From positions 145,694-209,693 of the forward strand of contig OZ244202.1 of assembly GCA_965216815.1 (NCBI GenBank): DNA of 64,000 bases, written 5' to 3'. Source of the DNA: Acidimicrobiales bacterium (GTDB lineage Bacteria; Actinomycetota; Acidimicrobiia; Acidimicrobiales; SHLQ01). Below the pieces are notes generated by a model that was not told the DNA's origin, did no database searches, and saw nothing but the letters and a program-made list of their open reading frames with translations. Both the position numbers and the translations under genes were made by a program. This document shows positions 49,530 to 58,911 of the stretch, piece by piece (positions within the stretch are counted from its first letter, which is position 1; the number at the start of each line of letters is the position of its first letter).

Positions 49530-50536
49530 GCGACCCGACCCGCGTGTATGTGCAGGACGTGACGCTGCGCGACGGCATGCACGCCATCCGCCATCAGTAC
49601 ACGATCCAGCACGTGCGCAGCATCGCTACTGCCCTCGACGCCGCCGGAGTTGACTCAATCGAGGTCGCCCACGGAGACGGTCTCGCCGGGTCGTCGTTCA
49701 ACTACGGCTTTGGAGCCCATACCGATTGGGAATGGCTCGAGGAGGTTGCGCCTCTTCTCGAGAACGCGAAGCTGGCAACGCTTCTGGTTCCCGGCATCGG
49801 CACGCTCGACGACCTCCGGCATGCTCACGACTTGGGTGTAGCGTCGGTGCGGGTCGCAACGCACTGCACCGAAGCCGACATCTCCGAACAACACATTGCC
49901 GGCGCACGAGACCTCGGCATGGACGTGGCCGGCTTCTTGATGATGAGCCATATGAACGACGCTGCCGGACTGGCCGAACAGGCCCGCATCATGGAGGCTT
50001 CCGGAGCCCACTGCGTGTACGTAACCGATTCGGGCGGAAGGCTCACGATGGGCGACGTACGGGACCGCATTCGCGCCTATCGCGGCGCTCTCGATCCCGC
50101 CACCGAGATCGGTATCCACGCGCACGACAACCTCACCTTCGCCGTCGCCAACTCGGTCGTGGCTGTCGAAGAAGGTTGCGTCCGGGTCGATGCATCGCTG
50201 GCCGGCATGGGTGCCGGAGCCGGGAACTGCGCGCTCGAGGCGTTCATCGCAGTCGCGAACATCGAGGGTTGGCAACACGGCTGCGATGTGTTCGCCCTGA
50301 TGGATGCTGCGGAGGATCTCGTCCGCCCCCTCCAGGACCGACCCGTACAGGTTGATCGCGAAACGCTCAGCCTCGGATACGCCGGCGTCTATTCGAGTTT
50401 CCTGCGCCACGCGGAAAAGGCATCGGAGACTTATGGGATCGACACCCGCGACATCCTCATGGAGCTGGGGAAACGCCGCATGGTCGGTGGCCAGGAGGAC
50501 ATGATCGTCGATGTCGCACTCGACATGACCAAGTAA
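49526..50536 (+). CDS. mhpE: 4-hydroxy-2-oxovalerate aldolase (DmpG/MhpE)
   Basis: [39 protein letters not shown]. Confidence 0.93.
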   Translation: MSDPTRVYVQDVTLRDGMHAIRHQYTIQHVRSIATALDAAGVDSIEVAHGDGLAGSSFNYGFGAHTDWEWLEEVAPLLENAKLATLLVPGIGTLDDLRHAHDLGVASVRVATHCTEADISEQHIAGARDLGMDVAGFLMMSHMNDAAGLAEQARIMEASGAHCVYVTDSGGRLTMGDVRDRIRAYRGALDPATEIGIHAHDNLTFAVANSVVAVEEGCVRVDASLAGMGAGAGNCALEAFIAVANIEGWQHGCDVFALMDAAEDLVRPLQDRPVQVDRETLSLGYAGVYSSFLRHAEKASETYGIDTRDILMELGKRRMVGGQEDMIVDVALDMTK

Positions 50537-50580
50537 CACGCGCGCAGGCTGGACGAACCGGCCGGCCGGACGGCCGAGTT

Positions 50581-50633
50581 CCGTTCTAGGGAGGAAAACC
50601 CACGTCAGCGGTGCGTTAAACGCCAAATTTCGG
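50581..50633. repeat. 53-bp intergenic repeat, family C, copy 1
   Basis: 46/53 identical by manual alignment to 60914-60966. Confidence 0.8.
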
Positions 50634-50640
50634 AGGGTCG

Positions 50641-51495
50641 TCAGGTGACGATCCGGTAGATGACGGTTCCGCGGACGTGAACGTGTTGGGTCTTGGCGTC
50701 GGCGACCTCGACGTCGGCCCAGAACAGCTCGTCGTCCCGGGCGACCACCCATCCGTATCCGACGAGGTCGTCGGCTCGTAGTGAACCGACTACCTGGGCC
50801 TGCAGGGCCGCGGTCGATGCCTTGTGGTTCCCGGGTCCGACCGCGGCCCAGGCCGCCATCGCCCCGGTCGTGTCGAACAAGCCGAGGGCAGCGCCCTCGT
50901 GGAACGCACCGGCGCCGTCACCGTTGGCGTCGCCGAGCGGCATGACGATTCGGGCTTCGCCGTCAACCATGTGCTCGACCTCGATACGACGGGATTTCGT
51001 GAACGGCATCGTGCCGATGAAGGGACCCATGGCACCTGGATCGCTTTCGCGTTTGTCGCCCCGCGCCGTCAGCGGCTCGCCCGGTTCATCGTCGTCACGG
51101 CCCCGCACCAATGAGGTGACGTGGGAGATCGGCTTCTCGTCGGCGGTGGCGATGGTGGTCTCGGTGAAGCACATCTGTTTGCCCCGGCGCAGAAGCGTCG
51201 TGGTCGAGGTCACGTCCTCGCCGATCGCGGCGGACAGGTAGCTCACCTGGCAATTGGCCGTGTGAAACGTCGAGAACTCTTCGCCGAGCACGTTGCGGGC
51301 GATCGCGTGTCCTCCGACGAGGCCGAGCGATGCGGCGCATCCGCCGTGGAGCGCGTCGCCCGGATTGCTGTTCTCGGCACGAAAGGGCAGCACCAGCGTC
51401 GCCGAGGTGTCGGTGATCTCGCCGACCTCGATGCCGAGCCCCGCACCGTACGGGCAATCCTCGATCAGCTCCGATTGGCTAGGTTTCATGTCCAC
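50641..51495 (-). CDS. PaaI-family thioesterase, tandem hot-dog domains
   Basis: NPGDALHGG and second AFHEG..DTTG motif. Confidence 0.8.
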   Translation of the reverse strand: MDMKPSQSELIEDCPYGAGLGIEVGEITDTSATLVLPFRAENSNPGDALHGGCAASLGLVGGHAIARNVLGEEFSTFHTANCQVSYLSAAIGEDVTSTTTLLRRGKQMCFTETTIATADEKPISHVTSLVRGRDDDEPGEPLTARGDKRESDPGAMGPFIGTMPFTKSRRIEVEHMVDGEARIVMPLGDANGDGAGAFHEGAALGLFDTTGAMAAWAAVGPGNHKASTAALQAQVVGSLRADDLVGYGWVVARDDELFWADVEVADAKTQHVHVRGTVIYRIVT

Positions 51496-51544
51496 AGTTC
51501 ACCGGCCCCGAGCCCGACCGTCGAATCGTCCACCGGAGCTTCCC

Positions 51545-52120
51545 ATGCCAACGCCACGCATCTCGATGCTCAGCCCCGAGGACTCGGTCGCCGCGGCAGC
51601 CGAGGCAGGGATACCGGCCCAGTTCGGCGAGCTCAACATCTTCCGCACCTTGTTACGCCGGCCGGCGACCGCAAAGGCGGTGAGCGACCTGTTGTTGTCG
51701 ATGTTGGTCGGAGGTGCGCTCGACGATCGGCTCCGCGAGCTCGTCATCATGCGGCTCGGGTGGGCCACCGCCTGCGACTACGAGTGGACCCAGCACTGGT
51801 CCGTGGCCCAGGACTTCGGGTGCTCGCCCGACGACCTTCTGGCCGTGCGCGACTGGGAGAACGCGTCGTCACTCGGAGACGTCGAGCGCGCCGTCCTGGC
51901 CGCCACAGACGAGACACTCGCGACCGGAGCTGCGTCGCAGGCCACGATCGCCCGGTGCCGACAGCTATTCGAATCCGAAGAAGAGGTGGTCGAGCTTGTC
52001 ACCGCCATAGCGACGTGGCGAGCGGTATCCCAGATCGTCAGAAGCCTCGACATCCCGCTCGAGGACGGGGTCGAATCCTGGCCGCCGGACGGCATCGCCG
52101 GCTCGACCGGCGACCCATGA
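51545..52120 (+). CDS. CMD/AhpD-like protein
   Basis: LDDRLRELVIMR, CDYEWTQHW. Confidence 0.85.
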   Translation: MPTPRISMLSPEDSVAAAAEAGIPAQFGELNIFRTLLRRPATAKAVSDLLLSMLVGGALDDRLRELVIMRLGWATACDYEWTQHWSVAQDFGCSPDDLLAVRDWENASSLGDVERAVLAATDETLATGAASQATIARCRQLFESEEEVVELVTAIATWRAVSQIVRSLDIPLEDGVESWPPDGIAGSTGDP

Positions 52121-53220
52121 CCGCTGCGACCGCACTCGTGCTCAATCGCCCACGCGAGTTCGAGCGAAGGGAGTTCGAGCTCCCAGAGCTTGGCGAGGAG
52201 GACGGCCTGTTGCGCATCGAGGCCTGCGGCCTGTGCGGCACCGACCACGAGGAGTACACCGGCCACCTGCCCGCGCCCTACGCGTTCATCCCGGGCCACG
52301 AGGCCGTCGGCATCGTCGAAGCGGCAGGCGCGGCTGCCATCGAACGCTGGGACGTCGAGGTCGGAGACCGCGTCGCCGTCGAGGTGTTCATGTCGTGTCG
52401 ACGCTGCGACGAGTGCAATTCGGGCACATACCGGCGCTGCGTTCACAACGGCCTCGCCAACATGTACGGGTTCATCGACGTCGACAAGGCCCCAGGGCTG
52501 TGGGGCGGCTACGCCTCGCATTTGTATCTGGCGCCCGACTCACTGCTGCTCCCGATCCCCGACCCGCTCGATCCGATCGTCGCCACGTTGTTCAACCCGC
52601 TCGGCGCAGGGATTCGCTGGGCGGTGGAGGTTCCCGACACCCAACCTGGCGACGTCGTCGTCGTGCTCGGCCCCGGAATCCGCGGCATCAGCGCCGCCGC
52701 CGCAGCCAAGGCCGCCGGCGCAGCGTTCGTCATGGTCACCGGCCTGGGTCATCGTGACACCGACCGTCTCGCCACAGCAGCCCGGTTCGGCGCCGACGTA
52801 GTGGTCGACGTATCTACCGTCGACCCGGTTCGCGCGCTCAGAGACGCCGTCGGTGGCCTGGCCGACATCGTGGTCGACGTCACCGCCAAGGCCCCAACCG
52901 CTCCCGGTCAGGCGATCCAGCTGGTGCGAACCGGCGGGACGGTAGTGCTGGCCGGCACCCGCGGAAGCACCGATACGCCCGGTTTCGATCCGGACCTCAT
53001 CGTCTACAAGGAGATTCGGGTTCTCGGCGCGCTGGGCGTCGACGCCGCCAACTACCGAGCAGCCATCGATCTACTCGAAGCCCAGACCTTCCCGTTCGAG
53101 GACCTCTCCCGACAAACCGCAGGGTTCGAGCAAATCGAGACGCTCGTACAGACGATGGCCGGCGAAACCGACGCAACAGCACCGATCCACGCCGTCTTCA
53201 CGCCCTTCCTCCGAAATTGA
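52117..53220 (+). CDS. Zinc-dependent alcohol dehydrogenase (MDR)
   Basis: CGLCGTD, PGHE, CxxCxxC..C structural Zn site, GPGIRG. Confidence 0.9.
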   Translation: MTAATALVLNRPREFERREFELPELGEEDGLLRIEACGLCGTDHEEYTGHLPAPYAFIPGHEAVGIVEAAGAAAIERWDVEVGDRVAVEVFMSCRRCDECNSGTYRRCVHNGLANMYGFIDVDKAPGLWGGYASHLYLAPDSLLLPIPDPLDPIVATLFNPLGAGIRWAVEVPDTQPGDVVVVLGPGIRGISAAAAAKAAGAAFVMVTGLGHRDTDRLATAARFGADVVVDVSTVDPVRALRDAVGGLADIVVDVTAKAPTAPGQAIQLVRTGGTVVLAGTRGSTDTPGFDPDLIVYKEIRVLGALGVDAANYRAAIDLLEAQTFPFEDLSRQTAGFEQIETLVQTMAGETDATAPIHAVFTPFLRN

Positions 53221-53263
53221 GAGGATGAGCATCGCCATGCGCGGCTAATCCTCTCAATTTCGG
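53211..53263. repeat. ~50-bp palindromic repeat, family B, copy 3 (inverted relative to copies 1-2)
   Basis: 16-bp arms CCGAAATTGAGAGGAT / ATCCTCTCAATTTCGG; contains the ADH stop codon. Confidence 0.92.
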
Positions 53264-53311
53264 CGCAGGACAATCGGGACCAGCCCATCCCCTTCTGTAT
53301 TGTGGTGGGCG

Positions 53312-54598
53312 ATGAGCACCCTCCTACCGCTGCTGCTCATCGCGGTGATGGTCGGGTTCAACGCGATGTACGTCGCAGCCGAGTTCGCCGCCGTGGGGTC
53401 TCGCCGGTCTCGCGTGCAGGAGGACGCCGAGGCAGGAAGCGGGGTCTCGCGCCGTCTGTTAGCGATTCTCGAGGACTCCCGCCGACTCGACGACTACGTC
53501 GCCGCCTGCCAGATCGGCATCACGATCAGCAGCCTCGTCGCTGGTGCATACGGTCAGGCCGCGCTCACACCGAAACTGGAAGATGCGTTCGGGTCGGCCA
53601 GCAGGGCGGTCGCCGTCTTGATCGTCCTGGTCGCGATAACCGCGCTCCAGGTCGTCCTCGGAGAGCTGTTGCCGAAGACAGCCGCCCTCCGCTACCCCGA
53701 GCGACTGGCGACCGCCACGCTGGTACCGATGCGGATCAGCCAGTGGTTGTTCCGACCCCTCGTCGCCGTCTTCAACGGCTCGGCATTCGCATTGATGAGA
53801 GCCTGGAACCTAGAAACCGAACACGGGCACGCTCACGTCCACTCGCCCGAAGAGCTCGCCGGCCTATACCGGGAGAGCGCTGCAGGAGGGCTCATCGACG
53901 CAGCCGAACGAGACATGCTCGCCGGTGTCCTGAACGTCGAGGACCGCATCGTTCGCCAGATCATGACGCCGCGGGTCCGGCTGGCGACCGTGCACGCAGA
54001 CGATCCGATCGACGAGGCGCTGAGCCGTCTGGCCGCTAGTCCCTACACCAGGTTCCCAGTCGTCGAGGGCGGCGACGACGTCACTTCGATCGTCAGCCTG
54101 CGTGATCTCTACGCCCACCGCGGCGACGGAGCGGTCGTCGCTGACGTGGCTCGTCCAGCTCTCGATGTTGCCGAATACGCCTCGGTTCCGGCGTTGTGGC
54201 GTCGACTGCGCGCCGCCGATCAACACTGCGCCATGGTGGTCAACGAGTTCGGCTCGGTCGTCGGCATGGTGACGCTCGAGGACGCGATCGAGGAGATCTT
54301 CGGCGAGGTCCTCGACGAGTTCGATCTAGAGGAAGACCCGATCTCGATCACCGAGGGCAGAGTGTTGGTACGCGGCGACGTGCTCGTCGACGCTCTCGTC
54401 GAGCGGTTCGCTCTCGATTCACCGACCGCCGACGTGGACACGGTCGGCGGTCTCGTCTGGCACGAGCTGGCACGACGCCCCCGCATCGGCGACACGGTCG
54501 AGGTCAAGGGAACCAGCGTCGTCCTTCGCGTCGATTCGATGGACGGGACCGCTGTCACGATGGTGAGCTTCGACTTGCCGGATGGGTTCACCGAATGA
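53312..54598 (+). CDS. Hemolysin-family/CNNM protein (DUF21-CBS-CorC)
   Basis: YVAAEFA, CQIGIT, GELLPK, IMTPR, VNEFG..TLEDAIEEIFGE. Confidence 0.9.
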   Translation: MSTLLPLLLIAVMVGFNAMYVAAEFAAVGSRRSRVQEDAEAGSGVSRRLLAILEDSRRLDDYVAACQIGITISSLVAGAYGQAALTPKLEDAFGSASRAVAVLIVLVAITALQVVLGELLPKTAALRYPERLATATLVPMRISQWLFRPLVAVFNGSAFALMRAWNLETEHGHAHVHSPEELAGLYRESAAGGLIDAAERDMLAGVLNVEDRIVRQIMTPRVRLATVHADDPIDEALSRLAASPYTRFPVVEGGDDVTSIVSLRDLYAHRGDGAVVADVARPALDVAEYASVPALWRRLRAADQHCAMVVNEFGSVVGMVTLEDAIEEIFGEVLDEFDLEEDPISITEGRVLVRGDVLVDALVERFALDSPTADVDTVGGLVWHELARRPRIGDTVEVKGTSVVLRVDSMDGTAVTMVSFDLPDGFTE

Positions 54599-55893
54599 TC
54601 GCGAAGGTAGCGATCCCGATGCTGGTGATCCTCGTGCTCGTTGCGGTCAACGGCATCTTCGTCGCCGCCGAGTTCGCGCTGGTCGGAGCGCGCCGCAGCC
54701 GCCTACAGACCTTGGCCGAGGGTGGCAGCCGGGTCGCACGATGGCTAGTCGACGTGTTCGATCGTCCGACCGGCAAAGACGCGTACATCGCGGTCGCCCA
54801 GCTCGGCATCACCCTCGCCAGCATCGGTCTCGGCATGTACGGCGAGCCCGCCGTCGCCAAGTGGCTCTACGGACCATTCGAGGACTGGGGCCTGTCCGAG
54901 GCCGCCGCCCACACAGCCGGGTTTGCCGTTGCCCTCGGCCTCATCACCTACATGCATGTCGTGTTCGGCGAGATGATCCCCAAAGCGCTGGCGCTTCAGG
55001 CGCCCGAGCAGGTGAGCCTGAGGGTCAACCCGGTCATGCGGCTCTTCAGCGTGCTGTTCCGGCCCATGGTCAACGCGTTGAATGCCATCGCGCTCGGCCT
55101 CCTGCGCCTGCTGGGCATCCCCGAGCCCGACAAGCGACTGTCGCTGCACACGAGCGCCGAGCTCGAGATCGTCACCGATGAAGCCGCCGACAGCGGCCAG
55201 CTCGGTGCGATGCAGCGGGCGATGATCCACAACATCTTCGACCTCGAGGAACGTCATGCCGGCGAGCTGATGACGCCGCGCGCCGAGATCGATGCCCTCG
55301 ACATCGGCACCTCGACCGCCGAGCTGGCGCGAAGCATCGAGCGATCTGGCAGAAGTCGGTATCCGGTCGTCGACGGCGACCTCGACCACGTGGTCGGCAT
55401 GCTCCACGTCAAGGACTTCATCCGTGCCACCCAGCCCGGTCCGCCTCCCGATCTGACCGAGCTACTGCGCCCACTGCCGACGGTGGCCGCGAGCGTGTCG
55501 GCCGAACGGCTGCTCGAGAGGTTCAAGCGAGAACGCAGCCATGCGATTCTCGTGGTCGACGAGTTCGGTGGCACGCTCGGCCTGGTGACCCTCGACGATC
55601 TGATCATTGAAGTGATGGACGAGGAGGTGGCGGTCGATCCGACCGAGGTGGTCGGACACGACGACGGCAGCCTGAGTCTGGCGGGTGGTGTGACCCTCTC
55701 GGAGCTGCGTGACGACTACGGCATCGACTTCTCCGGATCCGATGCGACGACGGTCGCGGGTTTGGTGCTCGCGGCGCACGGCCGGGTGCCAGCGGTGGGC
55801 ACGAGCGTCGAGTCGAACGAACACCTCTTCGAAGTCGAGGAGGTCGACGGGAGGCGCATCACCCGTGTACGGCTCCGCGTTCCCCGAAACTGA
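54595..55893 (+). CDS. Hemolysin-family/CNNM protein (DUF21-CBS-CorC), second copy
   Basis: FVAAEFA, QLGIT, GEMIPK, MTPR, VDEFGG; ATGA overlap. Confidence 0.9.
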   Translation: MIAKVAIPMLVILVLVAVNGIFVAAEFALVGARRSRLQTLAEGGSRVARWLVDVFDRPTGKDAYIAVAQLGITLASIGLGMYGEPAVAKWLYGPFEDWGLSEAAAHTAGFAVALGLITYMHVVFGEMIPKALALQAPEQVSLRVNPVMRLFSVLFRPMVNALNAIALGLLRLLGIPEPDKRLSLHTSAELEIVTDEAADSGQLGAMQRAMIHNIFDLEERHAGELMTPRAEIDALDIGTSTAELARSIERSGRSRYPVVDGDLDHVVGMLHVKDFIRATQPGPPPDLTELLRPLPTVAASVSAERLLERFKRERSHAILVVDEFGGTLGLVTLDDLIIEVMDEEVAVDPTEVVGHDDGSLSLAGGVTLSELRDDYGIDFSGSDATTVAGLVLAAHGRVPAVGTSVESNEHLFEVEEVDGRRITRVRLRVPRN

Positions 55894-55935
55894 GAGGATT
55901 AGCATCGCCATGCGCGGCTAATCCTCTCAATTTCG
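55884..55935. repeat. ~50-bp palindromic repeat, family B, copy 4
   Basis: Two mismatches to copy 3; contains the stop codon of the second CNNM gene. Confidence 0.92.
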
Positions 55936-55941
55936 CCAAGA

Positions 55942-56658
55942 TCAGGGGACGATGCGTACCGAGGTGATGCCGCCGTCGAGGCGCAGTTCGACGCCGGTAG
56001 TGAAGGTGGACGGGTCTGCGAGGTGGACAACGGCGGCAGCGACCGATTCGGGCGGCACGAGACCGCCGAGCGGTTGGCGGGCCTCCAACTCGGCGCGAGT
56101 AGATGCCGGGTCGTCGCTGTCCTCGATGAGTCGACGAACCCACGGTCCATCGACGGTGCCGGGCGACACGCAGTTGACGCGCACACCATGGGCGACCTCG
56201 TCGGCGGCCATGGCCATCGTCAGGGCGCGCACCGCACCCTTCGACGCCGAGTAGACGGCGCGTTCGACCAGCCCGACCTCGGCAGCTACCGAGCACGTGT
56301 TGACGATCGCGCCGCTCCCCCGCCTTCGCATGCCCGGAAGCGCGGCGGCGCTCAGCCTTGCTACCGCGAATACGTTCACGTCGAAGACCCGCCGCCACTC
56401 GTCGTCGGTCGCTGCGACGACGTCGCCGACCGCCCCGACTCCGGCGTTGTTGCACAACACGTCTATGCCGCCGTGTTCTGCCTCGATCGCTGACACGGCA
56501 TCGACGCACTGCCGCCGGTCGGTCAGGTCGACGCCGTCGCGGATGTCGAGTCCGACGACCGTGTCGCCGAGCTGCTCGAACGCAGCCACGATCTCGGTGC
56601 CGATCCCACCGGCCGATCCAGTCACGACAACGGTGCGTTCGCCGATCGTGTCGGTCAC
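55942..56658 (-). CDS. SDR oxidoreductase, probable 2-keto-3-deoxy-L-fuconate dehydrogenase
   Basis: TGSAGGIG, NNAG, YSASK, VSPGTVDGPW; close to a fuconate dehydratase gene. Confidence 0.75.
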   Translation of the reverse strand: MTDTIGERTVVVTGSAGGIGTEIVAAFEQLGDTVVGLDIRDGVDLTDRRQCVDAVSAIEAEHGGIDVLCNNAGVGAVGDVVAATDDEWRRVFDVNVFAVARLSAAALPGMRRRGSGAIVNTCSVAAEVGLVERAVYSASKGAVRALTMAMAADEVAHGVRVNCVSPGTVDGPWVRRLIEDSDDPASTRAELEARQPLGGLVPPESVAAAVVHLADPSTFTTGVELRLDGGITSVRIVP

Positions 56659-57740
56659 GGGCTCTCCTCCACGGCTGCGATCACCGATTCGATCCGGTCG
56701 AGCGCCTGATCGATGCTCGCGTCGCCGACGAGGACTTCGCGCAGCGCCACCCAGCCCGCATCCTCGATATCGGGGAACCGCGCCATCGCCGGATAGGTGA
56801 TCATCTGATCTGCGATCGCTTCTCGTGTGAGCGCGAGTCGCCGGGCATCGATCTCGTCGACCGGCTCGACGCTTTCGAAGGCGGCATCGTTCGCGCACAC
56901 CGACCCGGCCGACGCATCGGCGGCGTGGGCCGATTCACCGCACAGCTCGGTCACGAGGTCGAGCGCTCCGTCGACGTCGCCGCACGTGGTCGGGATCGCC
57001 CAGCTGTGACATCCCGAGTAGGTGACCCGCCGCTGCGGACCCGCCGGGTACGGGTGTGGTTCGAGCGCGAGGTCCGACCCGCGGATTCGGCCGGTAGCGC
57101 CGGGCCAGCTCGCGGCAGCGGCAAGGCGGCCGTCGATCAGCGCCGCGTCGACCTCGTCGTAGTGCCAGTTCACGAGATCGTCAGGTCCGGCGGCAGTGAT
57201 ACGGCGGAGCGTTTCGACCGCTTCGGCGGCAACGTCGCGGTCGACCGACGCGCCGTCGCTCAGCAGACGGCCACCGGCGCCGACGATCAGCTCGAAGAAC
57301 GTGCCGAAAAGCCCCGACTCGCGCCCTGGCATTCCGAAGGCGTGCCCGCTCTCGGCGGCGCGCACGACATCGTCCCAGCTCGACGGTGCGTCGGCGAGCT
57401 GTGTGGGGTCGACCCACATGATCCGAACGTCGATCACTCGCGGAACCGACAGCAGGCGGCCATCGACGCGGCACAGCTCGACCGCCGCCGGCGACAGTGC
57501 GCCCACGACTCCGGCATCGAGCAGGTCGTCGAGCGGGCGGAGCCACTCGGCCTGCGAAGGCGCGTACTTGCCGTGGGTCGACAACACATCGATTTGCTCA
57601 CCGGCCGCGAGCATCTCTGCGACCCGACGATTGAGAGTCGGATGGTCGGCGTGCAAGACGACTTCGATATCACGCCCGGCGAACCGCTCGTAGGCCGTGT
57701 CATACATCGGCCCGCCGACGAGGGCCACCCGCATCGTCAT
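56655..57740 (-). CDS. Sugar ABC-type solute-binding-fold protein with no visible signal peptide
   Basis: IDVLSTH, LRPLDD, VPRVIDVR, PSSWDD, SWAIP SBP_bac_1-like motifs. Confidence 0.75.
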   Translation of the reverse strand: MTMRVALVGGPMYDTAYERFAGRDIEVVLHADHPTLNRRVAEMLAAGEQIDVLSTHGKYAPSQAEWLRPLDDLLDAGVVGALSPAAVELCRVDGRLLSVPRVIDVRIMWVDPTQLADAPSSWDDVVRAAESGHAFGMPGRESGLFGTFFELIVGAGGRLLSDGASVDRDVAAEAVETLRRITAAGPDDLVNWHYDEVDAALIDGRLAAAASWPGATGRIRGSDLALEPHPYPAGPQRRVTYSGCHSWAIPTTCGDVDGALDLVTELCGESAHAADASAGSVCANDAAFESVEPVDEIDARRLALTREAIADQMITYPAMARFPDIEDAGWVALREVLVGDASIDQALDRIESVIAAVEESP

Positions 57741-57762
57741 CGCCGAAGGCTCGCATCTTTCG

Positions 57763-57907
57763 GACACCGAACTCAAAGTGACCCTGGCCCCAACGCAAGG
57801 TGTCAGCCACCGCGCGGTTAGATGCCTTAGCCCTGACCACATGGTGTCAGGCACCGAGCTCACAACGCGTTTGCACCAAGATCACTTTGAGCTCGGTGCC
57901 TGACACC
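57763..57907. repeat. Family A cluster: full copy at 57843-57907 plus degenerate partial copies at about 57763-57842
   Basis: Arms GGTGTCAGGCACCGAGCTCA / TGAGCTCGGTGCCTGACACC; upstream GACACCGAACTCAAAGTGACC is an inverted partial copy. Confidence 0.85.
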
Positions 57908-57936
57908 GGTTGGTTCGCGGACCATACGCTGGGGCC

Positions 57937-58911
57937 GTGGCCGCTATCAGGACGGACTCCACTCGGTCGTTGGGCAGCTCCGGCGTCCACGTCACCGCCA
58001 TGGGCCTGGGGTGCGCGCCGCTCGGCAACCTGTTCCGAGCTGTGAGCGACGACGACGCGCGTGCGACCGTCGACGGTGCGCTCGGGGCAGGCATCGACTT
58101 CTACGACACCGCACCGCTGTACGGCAGCGGGCTGTCGGAGACGCGGCTCGGCGAACTGGTCGCCGGGCGCGATGTGGTCATCTCGTCGAAGTGTGGGCGC
58201 GTTCTCGACGAGGCCCTCTCGCCCGACCCGATCTTCGTCGGCGCCCTCGACCGGGGCCCGCGCTTCGACTTCTCGCCCGCCGGCATTCGAACATCGGTCG
58301 AGTCGTCGCTGGAGCGACTCGACCGCGACAGGCTCGACATCTGCTGGGTCCACGACCCCGACGACCACGAACCCGAGGCACGCGACGCCGCGTTCCCCAC
58401 GTTGCGATCCCTGCAAGACGAGGGACTCGTCCGCGCCGTCGGAGTCGGGATGAACGAACCGGCGATGCCGACACGGTTCGTGAACGATGGTCTGGTCGAT
58501 GCCGTGCTGATCGCAGGATGCTGGTCGTTACTCGACCAGAGTGCGGGAGAGGAGCTGCTTCCCACATGTGCCGAGCGCAACATCGGGGTGGTCGTAGGCG
58601 GGGTGTTCGGCTCCGGTGTGCTGGCCGATCCGTGGTCGACCGAGGCCACGTACAGATACGAAACGGCGGCACCTCAGATCGTCGAGCGCGCTCGCGCCCT
58701 TCATCGTCTGTGCGACCAACACGGCGTGCCGCCGCTCGCAGCCGCCGTTCGGTTCCCCTTTCGACACGAAGCCGTGAGCAGCGTCATCGTTGGGGCGCGC
58801 TCGGCCGACGAGATCGCCGCAAACGTCGAGGCATTCGAAACCGACGTACCCGATGAACTGTGGACCGAAATGGTCGCGGCCGGTCTGTTGGCCGAGGATG
58901 TGCTGGCATGA
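57937..58911 (+). CDS. Aldo/keto reductase, probable L-fucose (D-threo-aldose) 1-dehydrogenase
   Basis: GLGCAPLGNL, YDTAPLYG, SSKCGR, VHDPD, GGVFGSG; TACGCT 6 nt before the GTG. Confidence 0.82.
   Translation: MAAIRTDSTRSLGSSGVHVTAMGLGCAPLGNLFRAVSDDDARATVDGALGAGIDFYDTAPLYGSGLSETRLGELVAGRDVVISSKCGRVLDEALSPDPIFVGALDRGPRFDFSPAGIRTSVESSLERLDRDRLDICWVHDPDDHEPEARDAAFPTLRSLQDEGLVRAVGVGMNEPAMPTRFVNDGLVDAVLIAGCWSLLDQSAGEELLPTCAERNIGVVVGGVFGSGVLADPWSTEATYRYETAAPQIVERARALHRLCDQHGVPPLAAAVRFPFRHEAVSSVIVGARSADEIAANVEAFETDVPDELWTEMVAAGLLAEDVLA

Noticed and set aside
51545..52120. Other CMD/AhpD genes (also 37585-37986) as selenoproteins
   Set aside because: Uninterrupted frames with no in-frame UGA at a redox motif; their terminal TGA codons overlap the next gene's start.
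53312..55893. Hemolysin toxins
   Set aside because: The DUF21-CBS-CorC architecture is a CNNM/CorB-type transporter family; the hemolysin name is historical.
40243..55935. Palindromic repeats read as a CRISPR array or classical integron
   Set aside because: Copies are kilobases apart with no regular spacers, there is no cas or intI gene, and I saw no clear attC RYYYAAC/GTTRRRY ends.
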